DNA from: the human T2T-CHM13v2.0 reference genome, Homo sapiens | Direction: 5' to 3' (one strand) | NCBI RefSeq assembly: GCF_009914755.1 | Contig: NC_060939.1 | DNA length: 64,000 nt | In this document: one piece after another, positions 29,331 through 43,250 of the stretch | Layout of the letters: the number at the start of each line of letters is the position of its first letter | How positions within the stretch are numbered: the stretch's first letter is position 1 | The notes under the pieces: model-generated | What the model saw: only the letters and a program-made list of their open reading frames with translations | The model's database searches: none | Told to the model about the DNA's origin: nothing | Program-made: the position numbers and the translations under genes

Positions 29331-30337
29331 AAGCTGGAAGGGGCCCCCCAGGGACCAGTGAGGATATTGGGCCATGTCTTGGAGTCCTCTGCACCTCAGG
29401 TGAGATATTTTTTTCCCTCCAGCTTTTTCCCAGATGTTGCTGCCACTGCTCTTGTCTAAGCCATTATCTCCACTTAACTCCTATATTGCCTAACGGATCT
29501 CCCTGCTTCTACTTTTGCCTTCCTATAAGCCACTCTCTACAGAAGAGCAAAAGTGATCTCCTGAAAACATAAGCGAGATTACGTGACTGGCCGGATTCAA
29601 GCCTGCCCCTCACTTCTGGCGGCTGACTTCAGACCTTCTCTGAAGGTCTGTGTGGTCGGGCTGCTCACGTTTGTCCTACTTTTCCCTTCACACCCAAGCT
29701 CCAGCTACACTGGTCCTTCATGCCCAGGCTCCTTCCCATGTTGGGAATTTGGCCTGAAGTCCTTGACCGCACTCTGTTTATAGCTGCTCTATCTCATCCA
29801 TCACAGCCCTGCTCAAATGCCATTTTCTGTGGCAGCCCTCCTGGGCCACCCTCCATAATGTATGGGGCCTGGGCCACCCTCCACCTCTCATCTACCTACT
29901 TGCTTCTGTGTTGCTCTATTAACATAATTCATCATATGCTCACTAATCTTGTTTTCTTATTCTTTTTGCCTTTTTCCACCAGACTGTAACCCTTTTCAGG
30001 ACATGGACATTGCCTGTCTTGTTCATCAGCTGGAAATACCTAATGCCCATCAGTAAAGGAATGGCTAAATTAGTTACGACACATTCACACACGTTACACA
30101 GATGTCAACAGGAGCAAAGTGGCTCTCATTTATTGAATGTTTACAAAGTAGCAGGGACTGGTCTAAGTATTTTATATTGCCTGCCAAGCAGATACTATTA
30201 TTATCTCATTTTAAAGAAGCAGAATTGAAACACAGAGAGGATAAGAACCTTGCTCAAGGTCACGATGGTAAGTGACAGAGCTGTGACACTAGCTAGTTTG
30301 GATTTAACCACTATGATCCCAGGTAGAAAGCTGCTGA

Positions 30338-30707
<370 letters not shown>

Positions 30708-31074
30708 TAAAAGGCTTCTTCTATGTGCCTATGTTTCTTGATAAATAAAATCCAATTTCCTAAAACAAATGTACAATGAAGAATATAATTTTCATGACAT
30801 AAAGTAAAACAAGCCTTACAGCTTCTCTGGGTAAGATGAGATTAAAAAATCAACCATGGAAGTTAATATGTTGAGATGTCCCAGAACTTCTGGCCAGCAA
30901 ACTAGATGTGACTCTATTTCATGATGACAAGATAACAAAGTATAAACATTACAAGAAAGGACCTTCACTCCAATGTAGGTAATGTTTGTATTCTTAGTGT
31001 CATCAATGTATCTGGCTCATGAATATTTTCTGCCCTGCCTTATCTTTACAAAATATTAAGGGCCAGCTTAGTGC

Positions 31075-31383
31075 TTTTCTTTTCTTTTCTTTTCTTTTTG
31101 AGACAGTCTCGCTCTGTTGCCCAGACTGGAGTGCAGTGGCGCGATCTCAGCTCATTGCAACCTCTGCTTCCCAAGCTCAAGCGTGATTCTCCCATGTTAG
31201 CCTCCCGAGTAACTGGGATTACAGGCACACATCACCACGCCTAGCTAATTTTTGTATTTTTTTTGTAGAGACAGGGTTTTGCCATGTTGCCCAGGCCAGT
31301 CTCAAACACCTGGGCTCAAGCAATCTGCCCACCTCAGCGTCCCAAAGTACTGGGATTACAAGCATGAGCTACTGTGCCTGGCC
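31075..31383 (-). mobile_element. AluJ
   Basis: Reverse Alu dimer. Confidence 0.92.
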
Positions 31384-32949
31384 CTTTTCATTCTCAAAGC
31401 ACTTGTATCCACAGCTCAATATTTCTCTTCCTGCCATTAAAACTTGTGGCCTCTGGTTTCAGCTAGATGCCAGGCTTTATTTCCCTGCTCTGTACTCTCT
31501 TGCTCATACAGTGAGGTGCCAAAAGCCTTCTGCACACTGAGTTTACTCCTTATCACCCATCACTTTGGTAAGGATGACATCGTCATTGTCTCAAGACTGA
31601 GTATGGTATAGCGGTCTAGACTTTAATAGACCTGGGTTTGTACCTTCATTCTGTTACATATAAACTACGTGGACTTGGGTAAGTTTATCCCTCTAAGCCT
31701 GAGCTTCTCCATCTGTAAAGTGGGAAGCATAACAGTTTCTACCTCATGGGATGGTTGTCCAGAATAAATGAGGTAAAGGACTTAGCACATGACGGGCACG
31801 TGGCTGATTCACTATAAGTGATCCACAGTACAGTAACATCAGGGATACAAAGACATCATCGCTGCCCCAAGGACCTCCCAATTTAAGTTGGATGAGGCAG
31901 GAAGGTTACACAGATAGTTTCAGGACAATCACGTCATATATGAGAAGAGAGGTAAAAATAAGCTGCTCAGAGAGCTTGGCCACTCAGGGCTGGGGAGATC
32001 AGAAGAGGGCCTGGAGGAGGAAGAATTTGAACTTGCCCTTGAAGAAGGAAGGATATGGGCCTGACAAATGAAGAGGAGGGGAGAGGACATTTTTCTCAGG
32101 TGAGGTGGCATGAGTAAAGGAATGAAGGTTGGAGAAGGGAATTAAGGAGGTTCATGGATATGGAGTGAAAGAATCACAATCTTTCTTCAGTCAGCAGTGG
32201 AACTCATGGCAGGTTTTTGAGCAGAGAGAGTTGAAGAAAGAGAGGAAACCCTGCTCCTACAGTAGAACAAGTGACTCTCAGCACTGTGTGTGGTTAGGGT
32301 GAGCTGGAAGGCCTTCATCAGCCATCATGGGGCTCCTGGAGCAAGTGGTAGCCTGCAAAACGCCCCAGATCAATGCCTATCCCTCTTTATCTGCGAGGAA
32401 CAGCCACCAGGTTTAGTTTTCTCCAAATACACGATAGGCTCCCAGAGCAGGGCACACTTTGCATCAGGCTCTCCAACTATCACTCTGGGCCCCGAGGGGA
32501 TGGAGCTCAGGAAAGAGAAATCTGCACGTTTGTGGAGGAGGAGGAGAAATTTGGAGCAGGGCCTGTGTGAGAGGGAGATGGTGGGAGGCCAGGTGGCAGC
32601 CTTCATTCATTTCTTCACTTTGCCTCTGGCCATCCCCCATTAAGCTAGAACAGAGTCCTGCTCCATCTGTGTTGAGGTGGTCTCACAGCCTTCTGCTTTC
32701 CCCTCAGCCCAAGTAACCACTCATTTGCCTCCTGTTGCTGTAGACTAGGTGTGTCTTTTCTGGAATTTCACATAAATGGAATCATGCAGTGTTTGCTCTT
32801 TTGTGTGTGGCCCCTTTCATTTAGCATAAGGCTTTTGAGATTGGTCCAGGTTTTTGTGTGTAACAAGAGTTTACTTTTTCATTGCTGTGTAGCATTCCAT
32901 TGTAAAATTATTACAATTTGTTTATCCATTCATCAGTTGAAGGGCAAAA

Positions 32950-33329
<380 letters not shown>

Positions 33330-33850
33330 TAAATATACATTTTCATTTCTCTTGGCTAAATCCCCAGACGTGAAATGGCTTGGTCTGACTGATGTTTTTA
33401 CAGAGTGATGGCATGTCTGGGCTCCTCTAAAAATCCCAGCCTCCTGCACAGAGCCTCCTCTCTTTGGCACTTTCCCATTTTTCCTCCTCTCATTTTCCTC
33501 TCTTCCTCTCCCTTCATCCTCCTCTTTCTCCCATTGGCTTCCCTTTTCCCTCCTCCATCCCACAGTCCTCTCCTGCCAAGCTCCTGGGTTCTCCCACAGA
33601 GGGGGTATTGTAACAGGCAGCCCTCACGTTTTCTTGGTCCAAGGCCAGCTGACCAAGCACCCACAACTAGACTCTGCCAAGCTTCTTGACATCAGCTCCT
33701 GAGCCAGGGCACCTCTCGGAGACTCCCAGACTTCACAGGGAGAGGGAAGGGGAGGTCTTCTAGCAAGTTCAGCCCTGCAGTAATTGAGCAAGGCTGGGTT
33801 TCTCCTAGTTCCACTGTCTTAAGAACTGTGTCAGATGGTTCTAGTCTACC

Positions 33851-34247
33851 TGATATCATTTGGATGTTTGTCTCCTCCAAATCTCATGTTGAAATGTGAT
33901 CCCCAATGTTGGAAGTGGAGCCTAGTGGGAAGTATTTGGGTCATGGGGATGGATTTCTCATGAATGGCTTGGTCCTTCTGGTGGTAATGAGTGAGTTCTC
34001 GCTCTGAGTTCATGCAAGATCTAGTTGTTAAAAAAGAGTTGACCTCCCAACACCTCCTTGCTTCCCCTCTTGCCACCCAACATGCTTGCTCCCTGTCAGC
34101 CTTCTGCCACGAGTAAAAGCTTCCTGAGGGCTCACCAGAAGCCAAGCAGATGCTGGTGTCATGCTTGTATCGCCTGCAGAACCTCTTTTCTTTGTAAATT
34201 ACCTAGTCTCAGATATTCCTTTATACAATGCAAAATGGACTAATATA
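33851..34247 (+). mobile_element. MST-type MaLR solo LTR
   Basis: TGATAT...CCAAATCTCATGTTGAAATGTGATCCCCAATGTTGGA start, AATGGACTAATA end; flanks CTACC/CTACT. Confidence 0.85.
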
Positions 34248-34939
34248 CTACTCCATTCACTGGTGCTCTATGTTTTGACTGAATTGAGTTCCAGCCAAGT
34301 TCTAACAGAGAAAAATAATTCCCCATGGGCACCATTCAGTTCAAACCCCGGAGTCAAGGGTCCCTGCCCACCACCCCACAGGGAAGGGGAGGCAGAAGGG
34401 GCAGTGTCAGGCCTGGGAGGGGCATGAGCAGGAGATGCCTTCAGATCACGTCCTGGGTTTGACAAGGACAGCACAGCTGAGGAAGGCCTTGGCTCCCTAC
34501 TGACTTTAGGTCAATGTCCATTTGCATTTAGGAAGGCAGTGTGGGGGTGGACAGAACACCGGGTGGGGAGACTTCTGTATATTTTCACCATCTCAGGTGA
34601 GTCTGAGAGGCAGCCGTGGTGTGGACCATCCAACCAAGTGGCCTTAGAGGCCTTTCTCACTGCTGATTTCTGGGGCCTGGCTTGTTCCTTGCTGCCTGGT
34701 GAGGCTATGCCATGCTTGGGCACAGAGAAGAGAATAAGGTGAGAGATTTGTGGGGTAAGACACAGACTAAAAATTGTGTTTGATGTCAGAAAGGAGGAAC
34801 ACAGCCAGGAAAGAGCTTTAAGTAACTAAAAATAGGCTGATATTTAGTGAGGGGACCGAGATTTGGGTTACGTGAAAACAGAATTTGTGGCCTGTTCTTG
34901 GCAGGATCCAGGGCAGGGGACTCCCCCACCCCTCCCCAC

Positions 34940-35105
34940 TGCATGTGTGTGTGAGTGTGTGAGAAGTGTGTGAGTGTGAGAACAGGTATGTATGTGAGTA
35001 TGCTGTGAGCATGTATGAGTGGTATGTTGTGTAAGTGTGCGAGTGTGTGTTGTATGAGTGTGCTGTGTGAATATATTGTGTGAGTGTGTGTGTTGTGTGA
35101 GAGTA
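34940..35105. repeat. Degenerate (TG)n repeat
   Basis: Direct reading. Confidence 0.9.
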
Positions 35106-37442
35106 CTTGGGAGCGGACGCTTATGTGTTCTTGCCTTGACCTTTAGGAGGAAGAAGGCTCCTGAGCTCTTGCTGGAGAATAAAGTCCAGTTGCACCGAGA
35201 TGGATTAAAGTCAGCAGCCCTGTGGTGCTGGGCCTGTGGTCCTGGAGCCTGGTTTCTGGCTGTCCCGATGAGCCTTGGCCCTGCTTGCCCTGCCAGACAA
35301 GAATGAGTGCAAGTCTTGTAGCCAGTAAAGGCAAAATACCCTGGGGATTTTTTCAGTGCCACACTGTTGGTTTTAAGGTTTGAGTTAAAGAATTTTCACT
35401 GAGGAAACAGAGGAGTGGCTGAGCTGGCCCTTATGACACTGGGAGGGCTTCTGGGAGGGGCCCTGCCCAGCCTCTGCACTCTGTCTGGTTGGTGACTAGT
35501 GGGCTCCAGGGCCAGCATGGTGAGATGCCAGGCACCTGGAGGAGGCATTGGGGCAAAGGACATCCTGGGTGGGTGGGGTGGGAGGGGCAGGTCCTTTGGG
35601 GTGACTCTGCAGTCCTGGTTTCTGTCATCTGGGCAGCACCTGGGTGAGGCTGAACACATGGATGATCAAGCACCAAAGGCAGAAGAGGGTCCTCTGGTCT
35701 GTGAGGAGCAGGAGAGGGACAAGAGCCACCACCTGGCACCCTCTCCCTGCTGCCGCCCCGCAGCCTGTGAAAGCAGCCCCTGGCCCTGGGTGGAGTGGGC
35801 CCTGGTGGGGATGGGCTCAAGCCTCCTGTCCTGTGTAGGGGAGCTGGCAGCATGGCAGAGACCCCTTGCCAAGGTGCAAATGACACTTCACCTCTCTCAA
35901 CTGCTATTTCCCTCTGTGCACATGGATGTGTAGGGATTGGGTGGAGTGGGAGAGAGGAGTTCAAGTCCTTTTTCCGGTGATGTAGAAATTCAGAGGGAAG
36001 GACTCTGGGCTCCAAGAGCACAGACCTGACCCCCTGTAGTATCTGCCTCGTAGCCCTCAGCAACTGTCTGCTGCAAACAGTAACCAAAGACTCATTTGAA
36101 AGTAACCAAACATCCTGGTTTGTCCAAGACTAAAGGGTTTCCTGGGACTCACGACTTTTAGTGCTAAAACTGGAAAGTTCCAGGCAAACTGGGATGATCA
36201 GATCACTTATTTCTAATTTCCCTTGAAAGTATTTTTGGAAGTAGAGACATACCTGGTATGCCAGACCCGGAGTACTCCTAGGCTTTGTAATTATTTGAGG
36301 CAAAATAATTTGATTACTTTCTGATTTTGTTTTGGAGAATATGAAGAAAATCTGTATGTGCTGATTCTGAGTACATAAGCCAGTCCTGAGGTTAACGGTT
36401 GACTGTGTCTGTATGTGGGATGCTGGTATAGTGGACACATGACCCTAGAGTCCCTTTCCCCTTCCTCTGATAAGAAAGCACCGTTTTCCTTTAGGATCTT
36501 ATGGAGCTGTCATCAGGGAATCATCCTCCTTTCTCAAAGGTGGGCCCCAACCAGTCTGGCCAGTCTCATTCTCATCCTCTTAGACTCAGTGATTGGTTCA
36601 GGAACAATTAAATCTCCTCCTCTGCCTCCTCCTCTTCTACGTCCTCTTTTTAAGGATTATATGAATATTGAGAAAGAGAGAGAAGAAGAGGTCAGCTTTG
36701 AGTTATTGGTGGCCATCTTTGTCACCATGTGGAAGGACTCAGCCTTAAAAAGTTGAGAGAAGGAGAAAAAAAGACAAAATCCTGAGGACATGATCTGGAC
36801 TGCTAGATCCAGCTATGCCTGAAGCCTATATGCCCCTTGGACTTCCCAGTTACATGAGACAATAAAGGCTTTTTATTTGCTTAAGCGTATTTGAAATCAG
36901 CTTTAGTTACTCTGCCACTTGCGCCTGAACAGAACTCCACACAGACTCCTGATGTGCCTGGCTGCCACATCTGCAGGAGGGCTGTACTCTGGGCTCTGTG
37001 CAGGGGATCACAGGGGTGATGCCTTTCACTGTCCCCTGAACTGAGTCCCTTATGCCTTTAAATTAGGGCATATGCTCCTCCAGGGCACATCTACGGTGGG
37101 AGGCACATGTCTGAACATTTGCCTTCAGGAGCCCTCTTCTCCAAATCGTGGGGGAAGAGATCTTCCAAGTTCCTTCTCTCATCTTCCTGTTCTTCTCGCC
37201 TCATTTCCAGGATTTGCTCTGATCTCTCATTTGTCCTTGACTGGAAGTCAACACTGTCATATGTCTACCCACCACTCACATACCTTACTGCCTTGGTGAC
37301 ATCCCCTGCATAGGGAAAGCCTCTCCCCATCCTGGGAGGAGCAACTAGCACCTGAAACATTACATTTCAACACCTGTAAACTGGGACAGATGAAAAGCGT
37401 TGGTTATTGTCCATGCCTAGGGGCTAGAGAGTGGGGACTCAC

Positions 37443-37478
37443 CCTCGTTCTCCTGCTGGGAATGGGAGAGGCAACCAT
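37443..37478 (-). CDS. Candidate alternative first coding exon (MVASPIPSRRTR)
   Basis: Kozak AGCATGG, 12 codons, donor AGG|GTGAGT in phase 0 matching exon 2. Confidence 0.3.
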
Positions 37479-38120
37479 GCTTTCCCAGCGAGTAAGGCTC
37501 AGTTGAAGGAAGGGAAAGGCAGGCAGGATGGGGCAGGCCCAGGGGATGTTGCAAAACAGCCACAGGAAATGGAAATCATGTCATATGCAAATCAGGATAA
37601 GAATTTGCAGATGGGCTCGGCACTTGGGCTTCAGGTTAATTTTTTAACCAAAGGTTAAACACTATCCCTAGGAAGAGAGAGAGGGGAAGTGATTGGGTAA
37701 GGAGCACCCTGGGGCCTTTGACTCTGTCACCAGTGTGATTTTTTAAGGCTGGGCAGTGGAGTCATAGGTATCCATTTTATTATTCTCTATACATTTTGTA
37801 TATCGTATATATTGCTTAATACTTTTTTAAAGCAACCTGAATTCATGTCTATCACTCCCAGGCATTTCTTTACTCTTTCTCTACCTATGTGTGTGTTCCT
37901 GAGCTATACTTGGAATTATTTCACGTTTTTAAACTTTATATAAGCTAGGTAACATACAAATATCCATTCTGCTATAAACATGTTTTTTTTCTCTACTTTA
38001 CATTAGGCTTGTAAGATTCACCTATATTGGTTAACAATAGATATGGTTCATTCATTTTCACAGTTGTGACCTATTCCACAACTTATGATTTTGTGGGTTA
38101 GACATTTAAGCTGTTCCTAA

Positions 38121-40058
38121 TGATGGCAGCGGCGGACCATCTGGAGCGGCCGCTGCCATCACCGGCCGCAGCAGGGAGGGTGCGGGGAGGAGGCCGACAG
38201 CCTCCTCTGCAGCCCACCGCCCTGGGGGCCGCGGCGATGGGGCTGGGCCAGGTCGCCCGCTGGCAGAGGAGCAGCGCAGCTGGGGAGCAGCGCGACTGGG
38301 GAGAGCAGGGCCCTGAAGTGGAACTGGGCCCAGAGCGGTGCTGCTCTTGCACTGGGAGCAGGAGCCCCAGGAGGGGGAACTGGGGATGCGCTTCTGGGGC
38401 CCGGGTCTGAAAGTGGGAGCGGTGCCGCTTTGGGGACCAGCCAGCGGGGCAGCCATTGCTGCCATCGCCGAGGATGCCGGGTTCCTGTGCCTCGGGTGGA
38501 GGCTCTGCTCGGCGCTGCTCAGGGCCGCGTCCCCAGGTCCACCCTGCATCTGGGTGACCGCCTAGCCTGACACTCCCAAAGGCTGGGCCAGGGCCTGCCA
38601 TCCACACCACCCTGGACCGCCCCTGGTTGCCAGGGCAACAGAAGGGAGCTCATAGCCGTGTCGCCCCTGCCCTGGACACTGGCCGGGGCCCAGCCAGGAC
38701 CTGGAGCCCCTGCCCCAGGCTGCGAAGGAGGGGCGGATGGAGCTGCATGCTCCGCGGAGCTGGCGGGAGCCGGGAGCCGGGGAGCAGGCAACAGCCCAGG
38801 TTGGGGCTGTGGGCCTGGGCCTCTGTGTGCTCTTGGGGGCCCTGGGAGTCCCCCCGACCCCCCGGCCTTGCAGGCTTGGAAGTGCCTGCTCCCGTTGCCT
38901 GGCTTCTCCCCGCTGCCGGCGCCCACTCCGATCTCAGAGCACCGTGGGGCCGAGTCCAGGTGCTGTTGCAGCCTGGCCGAGGGTGCACATATTTGGGGCA
39001 GTGCTGGTATGCCAGCCCCCTGCCGCTTCAGCCCCCTCCAGACTTTGGGTGCCAACGAGCATGGGGTGGGGGGTGAGGCCAAGGTGGGGGACTGAGGGCA
39101 GCTCCGTGCTGGCCTGTAGGTGCCCCTTGGCACCAGCAGCCTGGGCACCATAGGTGGCAGCAGAAGGCAGACAAGCTCCTGGGTAGAAGGGGGTGGGTCC
39201 CTGGTGAGGCCCCACCTTCAGGCCAGGCTGCCAGTCCTGTAGATCAGAATGGGAACTTGTGGTACCTTTTCCAGGCTCACCCATGGCTGCCCACGGACCA
39301 ATGTGCGCGCACTTCCTCCCCTCGAAGCCCTGGGCTCAGCCAGAGCAGAGCGGTCGTCAGGATGACCAGCTGCTGAGAGGAGCTTCCCACTCCAGGGCCT
39401 CCTCTCTGCTAGGAGTTGAACACTAGTAGGGACGCCCTGGCTGGGAAAAGAGCTACCTACTGCGGGTCTCCTCTGAGCTGTTCTATTGCTGGATAAATCT
39501 CCTCATCTTCTTGCTCACCTCCCACTTGTCTGTGTACCTTGTTCTTCCTGGTCACAGGACAAGAACTTGGTACCTGTCTAATGGCGGGTCTAAAAGATCT
39601 ATAACACAAACAGGGCTGAAACATGCCCCTTGCTCACTTCGTTGTGGGTGAAGAGAAGGAGAGAAGAGCTGCGGCCCTTCAGGGAACCCAAACCTGGGAG
39701 CTCATGGAGCCACATCTGTGACTCCCTCTTCGGGGCCCTGTGGTTCCCGGCATCTCCAAGCTTCTGGGCACCACCACATTCCCTGGAGCCAGCTGTGGAA
39801 GCTGCTTGCGGTGCACCTGGAGCTGCCCACCTCACTGCGGCAGCTGGCATGTAGCCAGACCCCACGTTTGCTCACACACCCATTGCTGCTCTATGCAGTC
39901 TCCCTTGGCAGGGATCCAGGCTGGTAGTGTGAGCTGAGTGCAGCCTGCCAGGCTGAGTGGGCAGAACGAACCCAGCGGACCCAAGCAAAACTTGGGCAAA
40001 GGTGCCAATAGCCACAGGTTTCTGGCCAGAAAAGTGACACCCCAAAGATCCCATAACA
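38121..40058 (+). mobile_element. MER52-family solo ERV1 LTR (~1.9 kb, GC/CpG-rich)
   Basis: Starts TGATGGCAGCGGCGG..CATCTGGAGCGGCCGCTGCC, ends CCCCAAAGATCCCATAACA; flanks CTAA/TTAA; sharp GC boundaries against AT-rich L1. Confidence 0.85.
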
Positions 40059-40205
40059 TTAAGTTTTGCTGTTACTGTATTTCATCAGTTCCAAGGTACA
40101 CATTTTTTCCCATTTTAAAATCTGTGAAATAAGAGATACTTTTTAAAAACTTATAATGTGTAATATTCTGATGTGTAATATCTAAGGTATTGGTATATCT
40201 TAGAT

Positions 40206-40650
40206 CAGTGGTCCCCAACGTTTTGGCACCAGGGACTGGTTTTGTAGAAGACAATTTTTCCATGGATGGTGGGGGCAGGGATGATTCAAGTGCTTTACAT
40301 TTATTGTGCACTTTATTTCTATTATTATTACACTGTAATATATAATAAAATAATTATACAACTCACCATAATGTAGAATCAGTGGGAGCCCTGAACTTGT
40401 TTTCCTGCAACTAAATGGTCCCATTTGGGGGTGATGGGAGACAGTGACAGATCATCAGGCATTAGATTCTCACAAGGAGCGTGCAACCTAGATCCCTTGC
40501 ATAGGCAGTTCAGAATAGTGTTTGCACTCCTATGAGGATCTAACGGCATTGCTGATCTGACAGGAGGCAGAGCTCAGGCGCTAATGTTCACCAGCCTGCT
40601 GCTCACCTCCTGCTGTGTGGCCCAGTTCCTAGCAGGCCACAGACCAGTAC
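40206..40650 (+). mobile_element. MER1A, 3'-truncated
   Basis: Same internal sequence as the 24281-24805 element. Confidence 0.85.
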
Positions 40651-41249
40651 GTACCGTGAGCTTTCTTAGAATTGACTATGGTAAGGGAGAATAAGAGGCT
40701 TGAAAGCAGTGTGCGGGCAGGGAGTACAATGCTACTGTGCACTTTCTTGTACATGTCATGTTTCTTTAGTGTCTATATTCCTAGGAGTATAAATTGCTGG
40801 GTTATGAGGGATATTATCACCAATTTTACTAGATATTACCAAAGTGTTCTCCAAAGTAATTGTTACTGATTCACACTTCCAATACTATGTATGAGAATTC
40901 CCATTGGGCTATACGATGGGGTATCATCTGACTTTTTGAGTTTTGCTAATCCAGTGGATATAAAATGGTATCTCATTGTGGTTTTCATAGGCATTTTCCT
41001 TATTATTAGGGATCGTGGGCATCTTTTCAAGATCTTTTACTTTCACTAATCCATGTTCTTGGGACTGACTTTTCATTGACTCCACCCACTTCCCCCACCC
41101 ACTGCCTTCAAGCCTCTTACCCTAGTCAAATCTAAGCACCATCAACACTTATGAATATACAGCAGTAGTTATCCAAAGCTACAAGACTATTTATGCCCAA
41201 GTAATTACACTCTTGGAAACTCACACCGAGGAATACAAATGCTATCTGC

Positions 41250-43250
41250 TCAAAAATTTCATTTAAAATTTTTGATGGTGAAGAATTGAAAATCACATAA
41301 TATGCTCAATATTGGTAGAAATATTAGTAAATAATTGCATATTTCTATGACTGAATTCTATGCAGTCTTGGAAAGAGAACTATAGAGAGAATGTACCAAT
41401 ATGGAAAAATACTTTTGTTAATGGTGTGATACTGGTATACTGATTAGCAGACTGATCAACAGAATAGAATGAATATCTCCAAATAGAACCAAGTATACAT
41501 ATATACATACATATGTATGTGTACGTATATATATATATGAATACTTGAATTTGCATATGTATGTATATACACATATACTTGGATTTAGGATATAAGAAGA
41601 CTGGATTATAAAGATAAATAAGTAAAAAATATTAATTTTTCTATAAAAATCATAGCCACAGAAGAAAACAAGATCACATGCAAAATAGCAATGAAAAATA
41701 AAATATATAAACCTAAGGAGAAATAAATAAGAAATTCACAGACACTATGTAGAAAGCTATAAAACTCTCCTAAGAGACATAAAACAGCTTGAAAAATTAA
41801 CATACATACCTTGTTCTTAAATGGGAAAATAAAATGATCAATTCTTCCTAAATTGATCTATTTATTTAGTACAATAACCAATTAAATTTCCAACCAGAAG
41901 TTTTGGGGGAACTTAACCAAAAGTTGTAAAATGTATGCAGAAAAATGAAAATGAAAAAATGTTCAGTGAATTTGTAAAACAGATAAAATTAAGGAGAGAA
42001 AACTAATTCTATCAATAAATGTACTTTAAAGCCACAGTATTTGGCCAGTTGTGGTGGCTTCTGTCTGTAATCCCAGCACTTTGGGAGGCCGAGGTGGAGG
42101 ATTGCTTGAGGCCAGGAGTTCAAGACCAGTTTGGGTAACATAGTGAGACCCCCTCCATCATTCTACAAAACTTTAAAACACACACACACACGCACACACA
42201 CACACCTACACACACACTACAGTATTTAAGGCCTAGAGCATCCAGAGACAAATCCAAGTGCATACAGGATATTTACATGTACAAATGACAACATTGCAAA
42301 TTAACAGGGGAAGGACAGGTTATTTGATAAATTATGTTGAAAAAATAAGTTTTCTGAAAAAAATAATCATTTTGTCATTTGGGGAAAAATAAGCTGGTTC
42401 CATATCTCCTTGTATTAAAATAAATTCCAGATGTACTGGTATTGTTTTATCATTATTAGTGAGAAAGCAAGATATGAAATTGAGATGCAATAAAGGAAAA
42501 TGAATGGATAATTCTGACTGTACAGTTTTCAGATATTAGGTTTCTCTATGTCAAAACACGTACACAATAATACAAGACTAATTTGTAAAAATGTTTACTA
42601 AACTTATGATGAAGGGTTAATTTTCCCAATAAACTAAAATCTCTTTCACATAAATACTGAAATGCAAACAACATAAAAACTGACAAAAGATATAAACAGG
42701 CAATTAATGGTAGTAATGTGTATGTCCGCAGTTCCAGAACTTCGCTGAACATTGGAATCATATGGAGATCTTTAAAAATAGTATTGTTGCCTGGCTCTCA
42801 GATACTCTGATGTAATTGGTATGGTGTATAACTTGGGCACTGGAATTTTTAGAAGCTTCTCTGATGATTCTAAAGTTCAAGAAAGGTTGGGAATCAATGG
42901 ACTATGCAATAAGTCTATATAAAAGATTATTGCTAATAATTTAAAGACTGTAAATTAAAACAAAAAAGAGATGCCACGTTTCATTTATCAGATTGGCAAG
43001 GATAAAAAATTGATAAGACGTAGTGTTGGTGAGGGTGTGAGGAAGAGTCAGTAAAATGTTGGTGATAGGATGTAGATTAGAGCAAAGTTTTTGGAGGGCA
43101 ATTTGGTAATCTTATGAATATGCAAACCTTGCACTGCCTTTGACTCAGCAACTGTATTTCTAGGAATTTATTTTACACAAACACTTGCTCAAATCCTCAA
43201 AGATATTTGATTTGGTATTATTCCCATAATATTTTAATTTTTGTTGTTGT
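41250..43250 (+). mobile_element. Old L1M fragments with embedded Alu monomer (~42044-42180), (CA)n and MER5-like piece (~42727-42900)
   Basis: A-rich L1 ORF2-like motifs; Alu left-arm sequence. Confidence 0.65.

Noticed and set aside
35431-36087. 218-aa minus-strand ORF in intron 1
   Set aside because: Non-ATG start, GC-rich composition, no domain
38098-39284. Overlapping 110-210 aa ORFs on both strands
   Set aside because: They lie within the GC-rich MER52 LTR, where stops are scarce; Pro/Ala/Gly low-complexity translations with no domain
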